Assembly: GCA_963825865.1 (NCBI GenBank)
Contig: CAWGVG010000062.1
Location: forward strand, 1-64,000
Reading direction: 5' to 3'
Origin: an uncultured Nitrososphaeraceae archaeon
GTDB taxonomy: Archaea > Thermoproteota > Nitrososphaeria > Nitrososphaerales > Nitrososphaeraceae
DNA length: 64,000 nt
This document shows, piece by piece, positions 36,849 through 48,591 of the stretch; the stretch's first letter is position 1; each line of letters begins with the position of its first letter. A program made the position numbers and the translations under genes. The notes under the pieces were generated by a model. That model searched no databases and was not told where the DNA came from. It was given only the letters and a program-made list of their open reading frames with translations.

Positions 36849-37399
36849 GTCAGTCTACTTTGTCTTATATAGGGAATGATTAACTTGGTTAATTCAATTC
36901 AGTGTATAATAGTAGCAAACTATTTTTGCTTGACGTTACTACAAGATTAACAAGTAAATCACTGCCATAGCACGTAGTGTAGATATCTCCTTACACTACT
37001 TGGCAGTTAACAACGTTAACTTACATGGTTTAACATGTCTTAATTTGAACTTGTTCCTTTACTTATGATATGAGTAGTAGTCAATCCATAAAGGTGCTTA
37101 GACCACTTAAAGGTGGAATAGTTCATGAAGATTTTGGTGTATCAAGTAATAATGCAACACAATCTGAGAACAGACTAATTCACGAGCATGACTTTATTAC
37201 AGCAAGAATTAAAGAAATAAACAGTTTTCTCATTCATTGCATTACTTGCGGCATATACTACAAAGCAAAGTCCAATATCAGAAGATACATTGACGAATGT
37301 TGTATAAAGCATGTAGACTACTAAACCTAAAAATTGATCATCGGATATCCCAGTCAGGTGGCTAATTTCCTAACGACATTTTATTACACCCCCACTACG

Positions 37400-37740
37400 A
37401 TCAGGCTAAAAATAAAGATTTTTTCGCTGGGTTGTATCACCCAGATATTGAACAGGGCAAGAGACCAAAACCCTTCGAAAATATACCGAAGCTTAAGCGT
37501 AAGGAGAGATCAATTTAACAAACTTACAGATCTTTGGACGGAACAAGAAAATTCCCTATTCTTGAAGTGCTGTCCAAGCGCTAGAGATAGATGCTATCAT
37601 GCAATGGCAAGAGGTTCTGCGCATGAATTATTAAGGCTTAGGATAAAAGTATGAGGCGTTTAAGATTAGCCCAGATAAGAAACAGTATGCAGAAGTTTTG
37701 CTAAATGGTAAAAGTGGTTTTAGACACGTCCCTATGATGG
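37400..37740 (+). pseudogene. Tyrosine integrase remnant
   Basis: LWTEQENSLFLKCCPSARDRCYHAMAR..HELLRLRIK..YAEVLLNGKSG. Confidence 0.7.
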
Positions 37741-37866
37741 TCGATATGTAGCGAGTCTTTTCGATGGCAGATTTGCCGACATGCATCTAGAGAGTTTTTT
37801 TCATTCAGTTCGTAAAAGCGATCGATAGACCGAATATCCTAAATAGCGAAAAGTATGTAATGATAT

Positions 37867-38610
37867 ATGCGTTCAGTACAGGTATCCAAGCCTAAAGGGC
37901 CTTTTGAAATAGTAGAACGAGACATTCCGGAACCTGGTCCCATGCAAGTACGTATCAAGGTACAAGCCTGTGGCATCTGCCATAGTGATTCCTTTACTAA
38001 GGAAGGATTGTTCCCAGGCATCCAATATCCAAGGGTTCCTGGCCATGAGATTGCAGGAGTTATAGATGAAGTGGGCAAAGAGGTCAGTCAATGGAAGCCT
38101 AAACAAAGAGTAGCTGTAGGCTGGCATGGAGGTCACTGTGGCCATTGTGAATCCTGCAGGCGTGGCGATTTTGTTACTTGTCGCTACGCACAAGTACCGG
38201 GTATCTCATATGATGGTGGCTATGCTGACTATATGATAGCTCCAACTGAAGCACTTGCAATTATCCCTGACGAGCTGTCAGCAACAGACGCTGCACCTCT
38301 TATGTGTGCTGGTATTCCACTTACAATGCTCTTAGAAACAGTGGAGCCCGTGCAGGCGAAGTAGTTGCCATCATTGGAATAGGAGGACTTGGACATCTAG
38401 GTGTTCAATTTGCTGCCAAGATGGGTTTTAGGACCATCGCTATTGCAAGAGGAAAAGATGAAGAAGAACTGGTGAAGAAATTGGGTGCAAGGCAATACAT
38501 CGATAACCGTTCGCAGAATGCTGTTGAAGAACTTAACAAATTTGGAGGAGCCAAAGTCATACTTGCAACAGTACCAAGTGGAAAAGCCATGAGTGAAATC
38601 CTTGGGGGGC
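37867..38610 (+). pseudogene. Zn-dependent alcohol dehydrogenase, frameshifted and 3'-truncated
   Basis: CGICHSD, GHE, CGHCESC..C, GIGGLG; similarity ends after SEILGG. Confidence 0.88.
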
Positions 38611-38788
38611 AATGTGCTACTACAGGTTTACCAAGTGAGTCTAGGCCTTTAGGTAGGGAATAAGTAAGTGGTTGTTGGTAGGTAGGGGTCGTGGATCAGC
38701 TTCTTGTCTTAGTATAACGGTTATACCTGTGTTGCCGTCTTGTAGAATCAATATTAAATAAAATTACTTTTAACCTCATAGAAAGACA

Positions 38789-39223
38789 ATGACAGAAATG
38801 ACTAGGGAAGAAATCAGGAGGTTTCTTGGCCATGGAACCTTCACTGGTAAGTTGGCAACTGTTCGCAAGGATGGAAGCCCTCACGTTGCTCCTGTCTGGT
38901 TTGTTTTAGATGAGAATAGTAACGATGACATTATTTTGACTACATCGCACGAATCTATAAAAGGGAAGTGCATAATACGCGATCCAAGAGTAAGCATCTC
39001 AGTGGACGACCAAAAACCACCATACTCTTTCGTAATTCTAAATGGTATTGCACAGATTAGCGAGGAACCATCAGATCTTCTGAAATGGGCAACAAAAATA
39101 GCAGAAAGATACATGGGAAGAGATAATGCTGAATCTTATGGCAAAAGAAACAGTGTTAAAGGAGAGTTACTGATAAGGGTAAAAGCTACCAAGACTATTG
39201 GACAGAAAGATATTGCGTTATAA
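38789..39223 (+). CDS. PPOX-class F420-dependent oxidoreductase
   Basis: LATVRKDGSPHVAPVWF, RDPRVSISVDD. Confidence 0.92.
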   Translation: MTEMTREEIRRFLGHGTFTGKLATVRKDGSPHVAPVWFVLDENSNDDIILTTSHESIKGKCIIRDPRVSISVDDQKPPYSFVILNGIAQISEEPSDLLKWATKIAERYMGRDNAESYGKRNSVKGELLIRVKATKTIGQKDIAL

Positions 39224-39389
39224 CGTTATCGAGTGATTAACTGGAATGTATACAATGAATCACTATGGATCTAGATGGATAGCAGAGACTGTATTCTCAT
39301 CACTGAAAAGGGTGTTTGGAGAATATGTAACTTCCAAGTTTTACAGCAACCATCAATGCTCCCATTGAAAGGATCGATCTGAAGCATGA

Positions 39390-39498
39390 AGTCTATAAGC
39401 TCGTGTGGATGAATGTCGGAATAGACGCTTGTACCTTTTCGCACGCTAGCGCGTGGTGTAAAAACTCCGTCGATGACGTAGGCGTCGATAATGTTCAC
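39390..39498 (-). pseudogene. Thiolase N-terminal fragment
   Basis: DAYVIDGVFTPR..KGTSVYSDIHPHEL resembles thiolase start (AYIIDAVRTPR..HPxDL). Confidence 0.55.
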
Positions 39499-39505
39499 CT
39501 GTTGT

Positions 39506-40439
39506 CTAACGCGTGACTGCGGCAGTGGAAAATACCTCCGGATGCGCAGTTACATACTCTCGAACGCTCATACTTGGTTTTCCGGTTAACTTCTGCACGT
39601 CCGACGTCAACCGATCGTAGCGATTTTCAGCGATGAGCTTAGCCATAGTGGAAACGTGGTGAAAAACGTATTGAGGTAAATTGAGTGGCAATAATTCTTC
39701 CTTCAGCCAGTTGTCGTATGGCGTGTCCACATATTTCACTGGGCGATTTAGTGCGATCGCGTATTCTTTTGCGATCTCATTCATGTCTTCTGATCGAGGA
39801 CCAGTCAGTTCATAGACCTTTGCTCGGTGACCGGTGGGATCTTCCAAAATTGTGGAAACGACTCTTGCCACATCGCTAGCGGAAATTGGTGAAGTTCGCG
39901 CCGAGCCAAATGGCAATCTAATTGTCCCATCTTTGGCGATTGATGAGGCCGCCATGCTAGAGAAGAAAGGAGTGTCAGAGAAGACCGTCGACCTCACATG
40001 AGCTACAGGCACTCCAGACCAGTTAAGGACTTGCTCGCCGAGCCAATGTTGCTGCTGCTGAGGTGATTCGGTCATTTCAGTTAGACTCATCTGCGAAACT
40101 GTCATTTGCGAGATGTTCACGAGAATCTCGAAATCGGGGATTTCTTTTGCTGCGGCTGGTTGCAATAGCCGTAGCTTGAAGATATGGTGACGAGATACTC
40201 ATGCCAAAATACATCCGCTTGCAACCGCGCAATGCTCTTACTACGTCCGCACCATTTGTGAGGTCGGCGACGACAAGTTCGGCTCCCATTTCGCTCAACA
40301 CTTGAGATCGTTCGTCGAGGCGGTGTACAAGCGCTCTGACTTGAAGATCGCGCTCTCGAAGAAGTTTGACGACACCTCGCCCTACGGAACCAACATTTCC
40401 GGCGGCTCCAGTAACAAGGATGGGTGTGTTGTTTGACAT
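39506..40439 (-). CDS. NmrA-like NAD(P)H-binding protein (frameshift near 40160)
   Basis: ILVTGAAG, VNISQMTV, HWLGEQVLNWSG, YELTGP. Confidence 0.88.
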
Positions 40440-40463
40440 GGCTTAGTAGATGTTCTGCAAGTC

Positions 40464-40585
40464 CTAAGAAGTTGTCGTCGTCGCTCGCTCATTCTCGTCG
40501 ATCACTTGCTGGACAAGTACCGAATCCAAGTAAGCTCGAACCTCTACAATCAAACCGTCAACGAACCGTGTCACCCAGCAGAACT
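40464..40585 (-). pseudogene. SnoaL/NTF2-like protein C-terminal fragment
   Basis: FCWVTRFVDGLIVEVRAYLDSVLVQQVIDENE. Confidence 0.7.
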
Positions 40586-41009
40586 TTACTTCAAGAAGAT
40601 GAAGAGACAGCATATCTTAAATTCGCATCCCAAGCAGTAAAGCAGTCTAGCAATAGTAGTGCTACTGCTGCCTAGCTGCCAGGATAAAATAGAAATGACA
40701 AGGTTAATGAGTGTTCAGTCGTTAAGCCATTTGTTATAAAATTACATATGACTAGTGGGATAAAAAGGCTCAATATTGTAATTTGATACAACAACCTAAG
40801 TTCATAATTGTTTCAAAGATTATAAACCTAATAAATTTCTGTTTGGCTCAAAATGGACTATGTTTTATAATCTCCTATGAACCATTCAGAAAAATCTGAA
40901 TAGCCAAGATCGGATATAGTAGTTTTCACAAACAATTAAAGACTTTAATGCCTTTTGATATTCCTTCAACTGTATCTTCTCTTTATGACCATCATCTGTT
41001 ATCCGTACT

Positions 41010-41276
41010 TAATGACTTCTCAACAAATGACCTGACCGGATTGGAGCTTTGTATATACTTGTTATAGTTCTCGTCTATAGAACTGCTGGGACCGATGTAT
41101 ATACCTCTATACAAGACTTTTGGAAGCCTTTTGAGCACTAAATTCAACAGACCAGATAATTCCTCTTCAGTTGCCAGCTTGTCAATGAGATATGGATCTG
41201 CCTTATTACCTAAGAACTGGTTAGGGAAGTTAATTATAATGAGTCTAGCAAAGAATGCGTCACTCTCGTCTGGTGT
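41010..41276 (-). pseudogene. P4/D5-type SF3 primase-helicase C-terminal remnant
   Basis: TPDESDAFFARLIIINFPNQF..ADPYLIDKLATEEELSGLLN..SNPVRSFVE. Confidence 0.75.
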
Positions 41277-43093
41277 CTAGCTATCAGGTTTGTATTTGAA
41301 AAAACTGACCGCTTCAAGTTGCGACTTTTCAAACTTCAGGTATTCCCCTATAAAGAACGTTATGAAAAAGTGTACTGAATTCTGATCTACTCCAGCATTG
41401 TTCCTGTACTTTACAACCAATTTATCGCTGTAAATTAAAGGGAATAATATATCGGTCGAAAATCCCAATTGTTTTATCGTTTCGGCAAGTTGGTTCTGGC
41501 CGGTATCTGACATGTCTATTTATTTCCACCTCCTCTTACGAAATCAGATACTACGCGTTCCAGTATGCCGCTCTTATCAAATACAACAGTTATTGAATTT
41601 CTGCTCCTCTCACATAGCTTATTCTATATCTAAAGGTAAGCAAGCAGTATACAACAACTACAGAGGGTACAAAAGTAATCTAGAAGAACTAAATGAATCA
41701 TTGAGAAATCGTGACAAAATGAACGACGATGCTATAGCACAGCTATCAGACCAACTCATGGCTCTAACAGCATTAGGTTAAGCTTGTTTGCTAATACTAC
41801 TAGAATACTGATCAGCATAAAATAGCAGTTAAAACATGTCATTATTGTAAAGTTCAACGAGCGTTACCTTAAGAGTATATACAATGACCTCTAAAAAGAT
41901 ACATTTGTAGAAACCAACAAGATTAAACTGATGCTCCATATAAAGCATCGAAGATTCGTTGAAACGAACTTAGGATTGTGACGACAGAAATATGCTAACA
42001 CGTACAGGCGAATTTGTATAATCTGTAAGCTTTGATGTATCCTAGCTAGCAATAGTTCCCACCTTTTCGGCTTTGGAACAACTCTATTAGCTATGTGGTT
42101 ATATTCCTATAGCACTGAATATACAGCTGATACGATAGGAACACGATTCTGTAAGCATTTGCTATCTATTCCAACTTCTTTTTTAAACTTGTATTTTCTA
42201 AATTTCCGTTATTCATCGGATTTTGTAAGGACCCAAAAGAGGTATTGTATGGTATCAGATGATAACAAGACGGATCTAAAAACAGCAGCATGATTGAGGT
42301 AGATATATTTATATCCATTCATCCAAGCGTTATATGAAGCATAGGTCTACCTATTTGATAACGATTATGTAAAAATGGGACCTGTCGTCGCTGTCATACT
42401 TCCAGAACATCTGTACCAAGCAATATTCAAAAGTTTTGTAAAATTCACTTCAGCAATTCGCCAATCATCCCATTGTCTTATATTGACTTTCATTTGGTCT
42501 TGACCTTCAATTGCTTTTGACTTGCTCTTTGTCATTTGGGCCTGAATTCTCTACTATTGTTACTAATCCTTGTATAGAGACTTCTTTTGTACATCCGATA
42601 GTTCCGTTCTATCACTCTCACTTGCTATATCATTAATGGAATATTTGGTTAGAAAGCGACTAAGACTAAGATTGAACCAGACTTTGGATGCGTTATATAA
42701 CGCATAGCCATACTACTGAGTGAGCCTTTTTTTGTGTTATATGTTCTAAAACCCATTCTAGGGTACGTATTTCATTCTGCAAACTGTCATTGTATGCCTT
42801 ATTATGTAATTCATAATGTATATCATTCCTTGTTTTCTTAAACTTGCTCTCAAGGACATGTTTTAGCCTCTAATTTATGATCCATGTAGAGAATATCAGA
42901 TTAAATCATTGCGTATGTACAAATATAATGATTAAAGCACTAGCTAGAAAAGGAGAGTCCCTGGAAAGTCATTGTAGCAGAGCAAATCTAAAAGACGTTA
43001 TTCACCACAGACCAAATACAGGTGAGTCTCCTTTTGCAGAGTTTGACTTTTGAATCTTTATGCTTCAGATAAATCTAATATGCTACAGTCCCA

Positions 43094-43802
43094 ATGAAAA
43101 TGAAAAAGAAAATCGCTCTTGTGACAGGATCCAATAAAGGCCTTGGATTTGAAACCTGCCTTCGGTTAGGCCAATTAGGTCTTACTGTAATATTGAGTGC
43201 TCGAGATGTTATCAAAGGCCAAGTGGCTGCAAAACAATTAGCTGATAGAGGATTGGACGTATTATTTTACCAGCTTGATGTATCGAATCAAAGTAATATT
43301 AGCAGGATAGCACTTCAAATAGAGCAACAATTTGGACGACTAGATATACTTGTCAATAATGCAGCAATTCTCTATGACACCTGGCAAAAGGCTATCGATG
43401 CAGATTTAGAGGTTGTCAATCAGGCCTTACTAACTAACCTGTTTGGACCTTGGAAGTTATCTCAAGTATGTATACCTATAATGAAGACAAACAAGTACGG
43501 TCGCATTGTAAATGTGTCCAGTGGAGCAGGCTCTCTACATTACATGGGTGCTGGAACACCACCTGCATATAGCGTCTCCAAAGCAGCCCTGAATGCATTT
43601 ACTCGAATTCTAGGCAGCAGAGCTTTCTGGTACTGGCATTTTGGTTAATTCAGTTGATCCAGGATGGGTAGCTACAGATATGGGCGGTAGAGGAGGACGT
43701 CCAGTAGAAGAAGGAGCAAAAGGAATAGTATGGGCCGCAACATTGCCAGATAATGGTCCAACTGGAGGATTTTTCTTTGATGGCAAGCCAGCTCCATGGT
43801 AA
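43094..43802 (+). CDS. Carbonyl-reductase-like SDR (frameshift near 43614)
   Basis: [18 protein letters not shown]; continuation [22 protein letters not shown]. Confidence 0.92.
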
Positions 43803-43863
43803 CGTAAACATATTCTGAATCATACTATGCTAACACATGTGACTATGGCATACATGAAGTATA

Positions 43864-45018
43864 TCACTTGTCATCGTCCTCATGATCATCAATTTCTGAT
43901 TGAATAAATGTGTGTTCCTCTCTATATACATGAGTCTGATTAGCTGCAGTTGGGCCTGATTTTACATGACTTTGTTGTTCATCGGATGGTGTTAGCAATG
44001 GCAATGATGAGGGTAATGATGATTTGCTGAAAGTGAAATCAGTAATAACTTTGTTCATACTACCTTTTACTAGTTTATAGAAAAGCTTTTCAGCTTCACT
44101 TATTATGATAGCTGCATTGGCTTCAGTATCATAATCTGGTGATGAGTTTTGTTGCTGTTGCTGTCCGTACATATAATTCTGGCCGTTGCTGCTATAACCT
44201 ATTATCGAAGGAGACATGTTATAAAAAAATGACCTATATCTTTCTGGATTATTTCTTATTGATTCAGTTATAGACAAAATGGCACACCTTAGGAACATTT
44301 TTACATTTGATAAACCACCAAGCATCTCTTCAACATTTGTTATGATTTTGAGGTATTCTTCATTACTGTCCTGAAAGTCATTTACAAGTGCTTCTAGTTT
44401 CATCTTTTTCTGGTGAAGCTCAGCCATTTGTCTTTTTTCTTCTTCACAGGACAAACGATAGGAGTCACGTGTATTTCTTAATTCTGATATCTGGTCACTT
44501 AATTCCTGAAATATTATAGCTGAATTTCTTTTATCGCCTTCTAGGGAATGTACTTCTCTTTTGAGCTTTTCATATCGCTGTTCCACTGCTGGTAGATGAT
44601 TATTAGAAACTCTAAGAATTCTAATGACCTGCTGCGCATTCATACCTGCAGCCTTAGCCAACTTGTATAAGTTTAGAAAAGAGCCAATATCGCATTTAAT
44701 TTCTTCATAAATCTGACTGAGATCATGAAGATGGCATAGGTTCCAATATTCCTTGTATAACTCAGTTACTTGATCATCTCTTAGGTTTAATGCAATGGCC
44801 ACTTCTAGTGGGGATTTACCTGCTAAAAACAATTTGTAAGCCTGTGACGATACAGAGATGGATTCCTCGGATTCTTTCTCTTTAACTACCTTATCCAAAA
44901 TAGTTTTAATGTCACGAGGGCAAATTCTTGCCTCTTCAGCTATTTGACGATAAGTCTTACCTTGACTGTATAGTTCTAAAACAAGCTTTTCTTTTTCCTG
45001 TCTAGTTAATGTCATCAT
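43864..45018 (-). CDS. Multi-HTH + coiled-coil hypothetical protein
   Basis: HTH GKTYRQIAEEARICPRDI; second HTH GKSPLEVAIAL; long heptad region; 384 aa intact. Confidence 0.8.
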   Translation of the reverse strand: MMTLTRQEKEKLVLELYSQGKTYRQIAEEARICPRDIKTILDKVVKEKESEESISVSSQAYKLFLAGKSPLEVAIALNLRDDQVTELYKEYWNLCHLHDLSQIYEEIKCDIGSFLNLYKLAKAAGMNAQQVIRILRVSNNHLPAVEQRYEKLKREVHSLEGDKRNSAIIFQELSDQISELRNTRDSYRLSCEEEKRQMAELHQKKMKLEALVNDFQDSNEEYLKIITNVEEMLGGLSNVKMFLRCAILSITESIRNNPERYRSFFYNMSPSIIGYSSNGQNYMYGQQQQQNSSPDYDTEANAAIIISEAEKLFYKLVKGSMNKVITDFTFSKSSLPSSLPLLTPSDEQQSHVKSGPTAANQTHVYREEHTFIQSEIDDHEDDDK

Positions 45019-45173
45019 AATGCTCTTTATTTTATATGAATACAGAATAAAAAGAAACTAAAGCTTGCTATCATCTGTTATCTATCTGTTATCATTGCTA
45101 TCGTTTTGTTATCTCTGATATCATCTGTTAGCATCTGTTATCATGAAATTTTAATTTGAACTCAATATGCTAG
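44975..45173. repeat. 199-bp exact direct repeat, copy 1 (copy 2 at 54826-55024)
   Basis: Base-by-base identical at offset 9851; flanks homologous but diverged. Confidence 0.95.
45066..45142. promoter_or_regulatory. Eight helically phased TGNTA(T/G)C heptamers upstream of the HTH gene promoter
   Basis: Starts at 45066, 45076, 45087, 45096, 45107, 45116, 45126, 45136. Confidence 0.7.
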
Positions 45174-45936
45174 CGATGTGTGCTGATCAGGTGGATTAGT
45201 TTTCATTGATTGTATATTTAGTGCCTGTGTGTAGTATAATTTGTTTACAGCATGTGACCAGTCACACGGTCACACGTTGAAAGTGTTTTGCCCTATAGAG
45301 AGGCATATATCTAAAGCTAGCAACAACCCTCTAGCCAATCGCATCCTAATATTTTCAAATAGTATTGCATGTCGAAGCCCCCCCATGCTTATCATCTTCT
45401 ACTGCTAGCGTTTCATTTTCGTTTCTATTTTTAGGTAGTAGTATTCTAAAGATACTACTTCTAGAAGAATATAGGAGCTAACTAAATAACCTCAGGGTAA
45501 GTAAATCGACATTGTATTTGGAACTGGAATTTCTTAACTGCAAACACACTGCTTTCCGAGAAACTGATACTGATGATATACAATTAGGAGATATCTATTA
45601 CTGTAAAGAGTGCAAACGCTTAGGACAGGTTGCAACAATATTGAGAATGTCAAGTAGTTAGCGAATCGTTTTCCAGTGAATAGCAACGTCACATCACATG
45701 ACTTTGGCTTGCTGCTTGGGAGTGACGCATATTATATTAGTCTATAAATTCTTTGACATCTGTGTTATCTAAATTTATTACAAATGCTGCTGTGGTATAT
45801 CATGTCATAAATTTCTCTGATTCGCATACTGATAATGATGTTAGTAGCAGTAATGTTACTTATCACAAGTTAACAAAAAGAGAAGGGGATGCATATAGAG
45901 ATGGTTTGTCTCATGTTAAAAGAATAAACTGTTGGC

Positions 45937-46470
45937 ATGATATGGCCGCCTTCCTTCCTAGAAAGCCATATTCGTATCTTTCCCGAAGGACAGTTTTGTG
46001 CAGAATTAGAAGATGACATAGTTGCATCTGCAAGTAGTCTAATAGTTTCACTAAAACCTGAATATAAGAATCATACATGGCATGAGATAACTGGATATGG
46101 GATGTTCACAAACCACAATCCTAAAGGAGATAGTCTTTATGGTGCAGATATTTCCACCCATCCACAAGTCCGACGTCAAGGTATTGCTACAATGCTTTAT
46201 AACGCAAGAAAGGATTTGGCGGTCAAATTGAATTTACGAAGAATAGTATCGGGAGGAAGGCTGTATTACTATTACAAATATGCAGAAAAGATATCAGCAC
46301 TTGCCTATGCAAAGAAAGTAATAGCAGGAGAGATTAACGATCCTGTGCTTTCTTTTCAATTAAAAAATGGATTCAGATTTATTAAAATACTTGCTGATTA
46401 CCTTTATGATACTCGTTCATTGAACTATGCGAGTTTCTTAGAATGGCTAAATCCAAAATATCAGGAATAG
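45937..46470 (+). CDS. GNAT-family N-acetyltransferase
   Basis: FPEGQF, LYGADISTHP, RRQGIA, DPVLSFQLKNGF. Confidence 0.88.
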   Translation: MIWPPSFLESHIRIFPEGQFCAELEDDIVASASSLIVSLKPEYKNHTWHEITGYGMFTNHNPKGDSLYGADISTHPQVRRQGIATMLYNARKDLAVKLNLRRIVSGGRLYYYYKYAEKISALAYAKKVIAGEINDPVLSFQLKNGFRFIKILADYLYDTRSLNYASFLEWLNPKYQE

Positions 46471-46489
46471 TATTAATGTATAATACCAT

Positions 46490-46722
46490 TGATTATAGAT
46501 TGTCATGTTCATCTTATCCAGTATGAATATCCAAAAATAACCTTTCTCTACAAGAAAGACTAAAGGCACTACTTGATGTCATGGCAGCTAACAACATTAA
46601 TTTATCTATTATATTATCATCTTACAAGGTCGATATGCATAGACCTTCTACAGCTCAAATTCTAGAACTTACAAAAAAGCATGAAAGGTGTCAAGCTTTA
46701 CTGTGGGTATGAGTATTACTAT
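46490..46722 (+). pseudogene. Amidohydrolase-family remnant with internal deletion
   Basis: IIDCHVH, IILSSYKV..RPS, VKLYCGYEY. Confidence 0.6.
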
Positions 46723-46822
46723 TGATATTCTCTAGTTGCTTACATATTATGTTCAAACAAGCAAAATGATAAAGCTAAGTATTCTCATAGTATTAAGAAT
46801 AAACCGAAGAAGAAGAAAAAGA

Positions 46823-47101
46823 TTAGCGTCTTCTAGCAGTTATAGTATGTGTTTGCTCTACATACCATCTAACCTTATCTTTAAAGCTTGACCACCAATC
46901 CAAAAATGAATCACTGCTGTCTGCCTCAAATAACAAAAATCCATTGTATTCTATTCCCCACGCGTGGTCATATTCGCCCACAAGCTCTATGCCCGATGGT
47001 AAGCTATTTTTTAGCTCATGCCATTCTGTGTTTGCTTTCTGAGCATCATCATTACTCATTGTCTTGAATCGGTAAAAGACTAGGAATGTAGTTGCTACCA
47101 T
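46823..47101 (-). CDS. Small hypothetical protein (GYD/dimeric alpha-beta barrel-like)
   Basis: 92 aa; GEYDHAWG..NGFLLFEA. Confidence 0.7.
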   Translation of the reverse strand: MVATTFLVFYRFKTMSNDDAQKANTEWHELKNSLPSGIELVGEYDHAWGIEYNGFLLFEADSSDSFLDWWSSFKDKVRWYVEQTHTITARRR

Positions 47102-47712
47102 GCTTTATAACATATAATTGAATTCATCATATTTATAGACCACAGAAATAATGTTTCAAAGCGATTGTTAGTGACCTAACACTTAACAGTCACGCCTTTT
47201 CATTAACAAAAATATTTCGCGTGCCATTATCGCCTTATCCTTGACCGTATCGTTCAGTTCTGGCTTTAAAGGAATTGATAGATTCTTGAAATTCTTTAAT
47301 CTCATGCTCGCTTGGTTCAGTATCAAGCCTGCTATGGATAGTTGACATAATACAGATATGATAACGGCACACTAAAATCTGCAACTTTCTACTTTACCCA
47401 ATCCCTATTGGTGGTCTTTTAGATTCGCTGTGTTCTAATAGATTATGATAACTCAATATATACAGGCTATCAAATATCTTACTGCAGACATTACATTTCC
47501 ATTTATTTTTAGCGACTGGCTCTTCAATATCAGAAGAACTAGTGTTTAGTTGTCCTTCTGCAGCTGAGGGCATTGATCATCATTGTTATTATTATTATAA
47601 TATATGTAGTTAAAGTTTTTAAGTCCAACTTGTAAAGTGTGTTTCACGACTAACCTAAGAGCAAATTTATCTTCATTTATATTAATAATAATTCACAATA
47701 ATAATCAAGCAT

Positions 47713-48552
47713 ATGGCATTGTTATGCTCTAAGCTATCTTCTTTTGATCCAAAGGTTAGTTACAGATCACGTACATTAGATGAATTAAACTCTCTATGCA
47801 ATGTGCTCAATGGTTCCAAGTCCAAATTAAGCAATAGTCTTCAGTATTATCTACAAAAGTATAAGCAACTATTGGATATATCGAGGCTATGCAGAGCCCT
47901 GGCTGTTCCTGGAGAACTTGCTGAGCAGTTTGTAGAGGCTAATAAAACAAAACAGTATACAGACGGGCTCGAAATAGTAACACATTCAACAAATCAAATT
48001 GCTGATATTCTTCAAAAATATTTTTTTTATCTGCACAATGACAATGGCAAAAATAATAACAATAATAATCAGATTATTGCATCAGATCTGAATAATAACC
48101 GAAAAGAAGCAATCTATACTGATATAAACGAATTAGCCACATATTCAAAAATGTACTACGATATAGAAACCATAAAATCAGATCCCCTGATATCAGATGA
48201 ATATCCTTACGGCAACCCCTTTGATCATATTATAGATATAATGAAGCATGGCGCAATAATTGTTAGGTTCAAATATGTTTCAAATAATAAATCTCTTCGT
48301 CCTGAAGAAAAAGTAGTAAGTTACCACGTCATGAATTTTAAAGGAAAAGATGTGCTTGGTGTACATGTCCAAGGTGATGAAAAGTTTAGTATGTACAAAC
48401 AATGGGGGCATGGCGACGAAAGACTTGTACCAATTTATCCAGAATATGAAAATATGATAATAAGGTGGGGAAGAGAAGAAGTAGTGGAAGCTGTAATGAA
48501 AGGTAACAAGAGAAATAATGATGACGATGGTAATAATGAATTCCTTTACTAA
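47713..48552 (+). CDS. Hypothetical protein
   Basis: 279 aa uninterrupted ORF; no family recognised. Confidence 0.7.
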   Translation: MALLCSKLSSFDPKVSYRSRTLDELNSLCNVLNGSKSKLSNSLQYYLQKYKQLLDISRLCRALAVPGELAEQFVEANKTKQYTDGLEIVTHSTNQIADILQKYFFYLHNDNGKNNNNNNQIIASDLNNNRKEAIYTDINELATYSKMYYDIETIKSDPLISDEYPYGNPFDHIIDIMKHGAIIVRFKYVSNNKSLRPEEKVVSYHVMNFKGKDVLGVHVQGDEKFSMYKQWGHGDERLVPIYPEYENMIIRWGREEVVEAVMKGNKRNNDDDGNNEFLY

Positions 48553-48591
48553 ATCGTTGAATAATAATTATTTATCTTCTAAATCAGTAAC

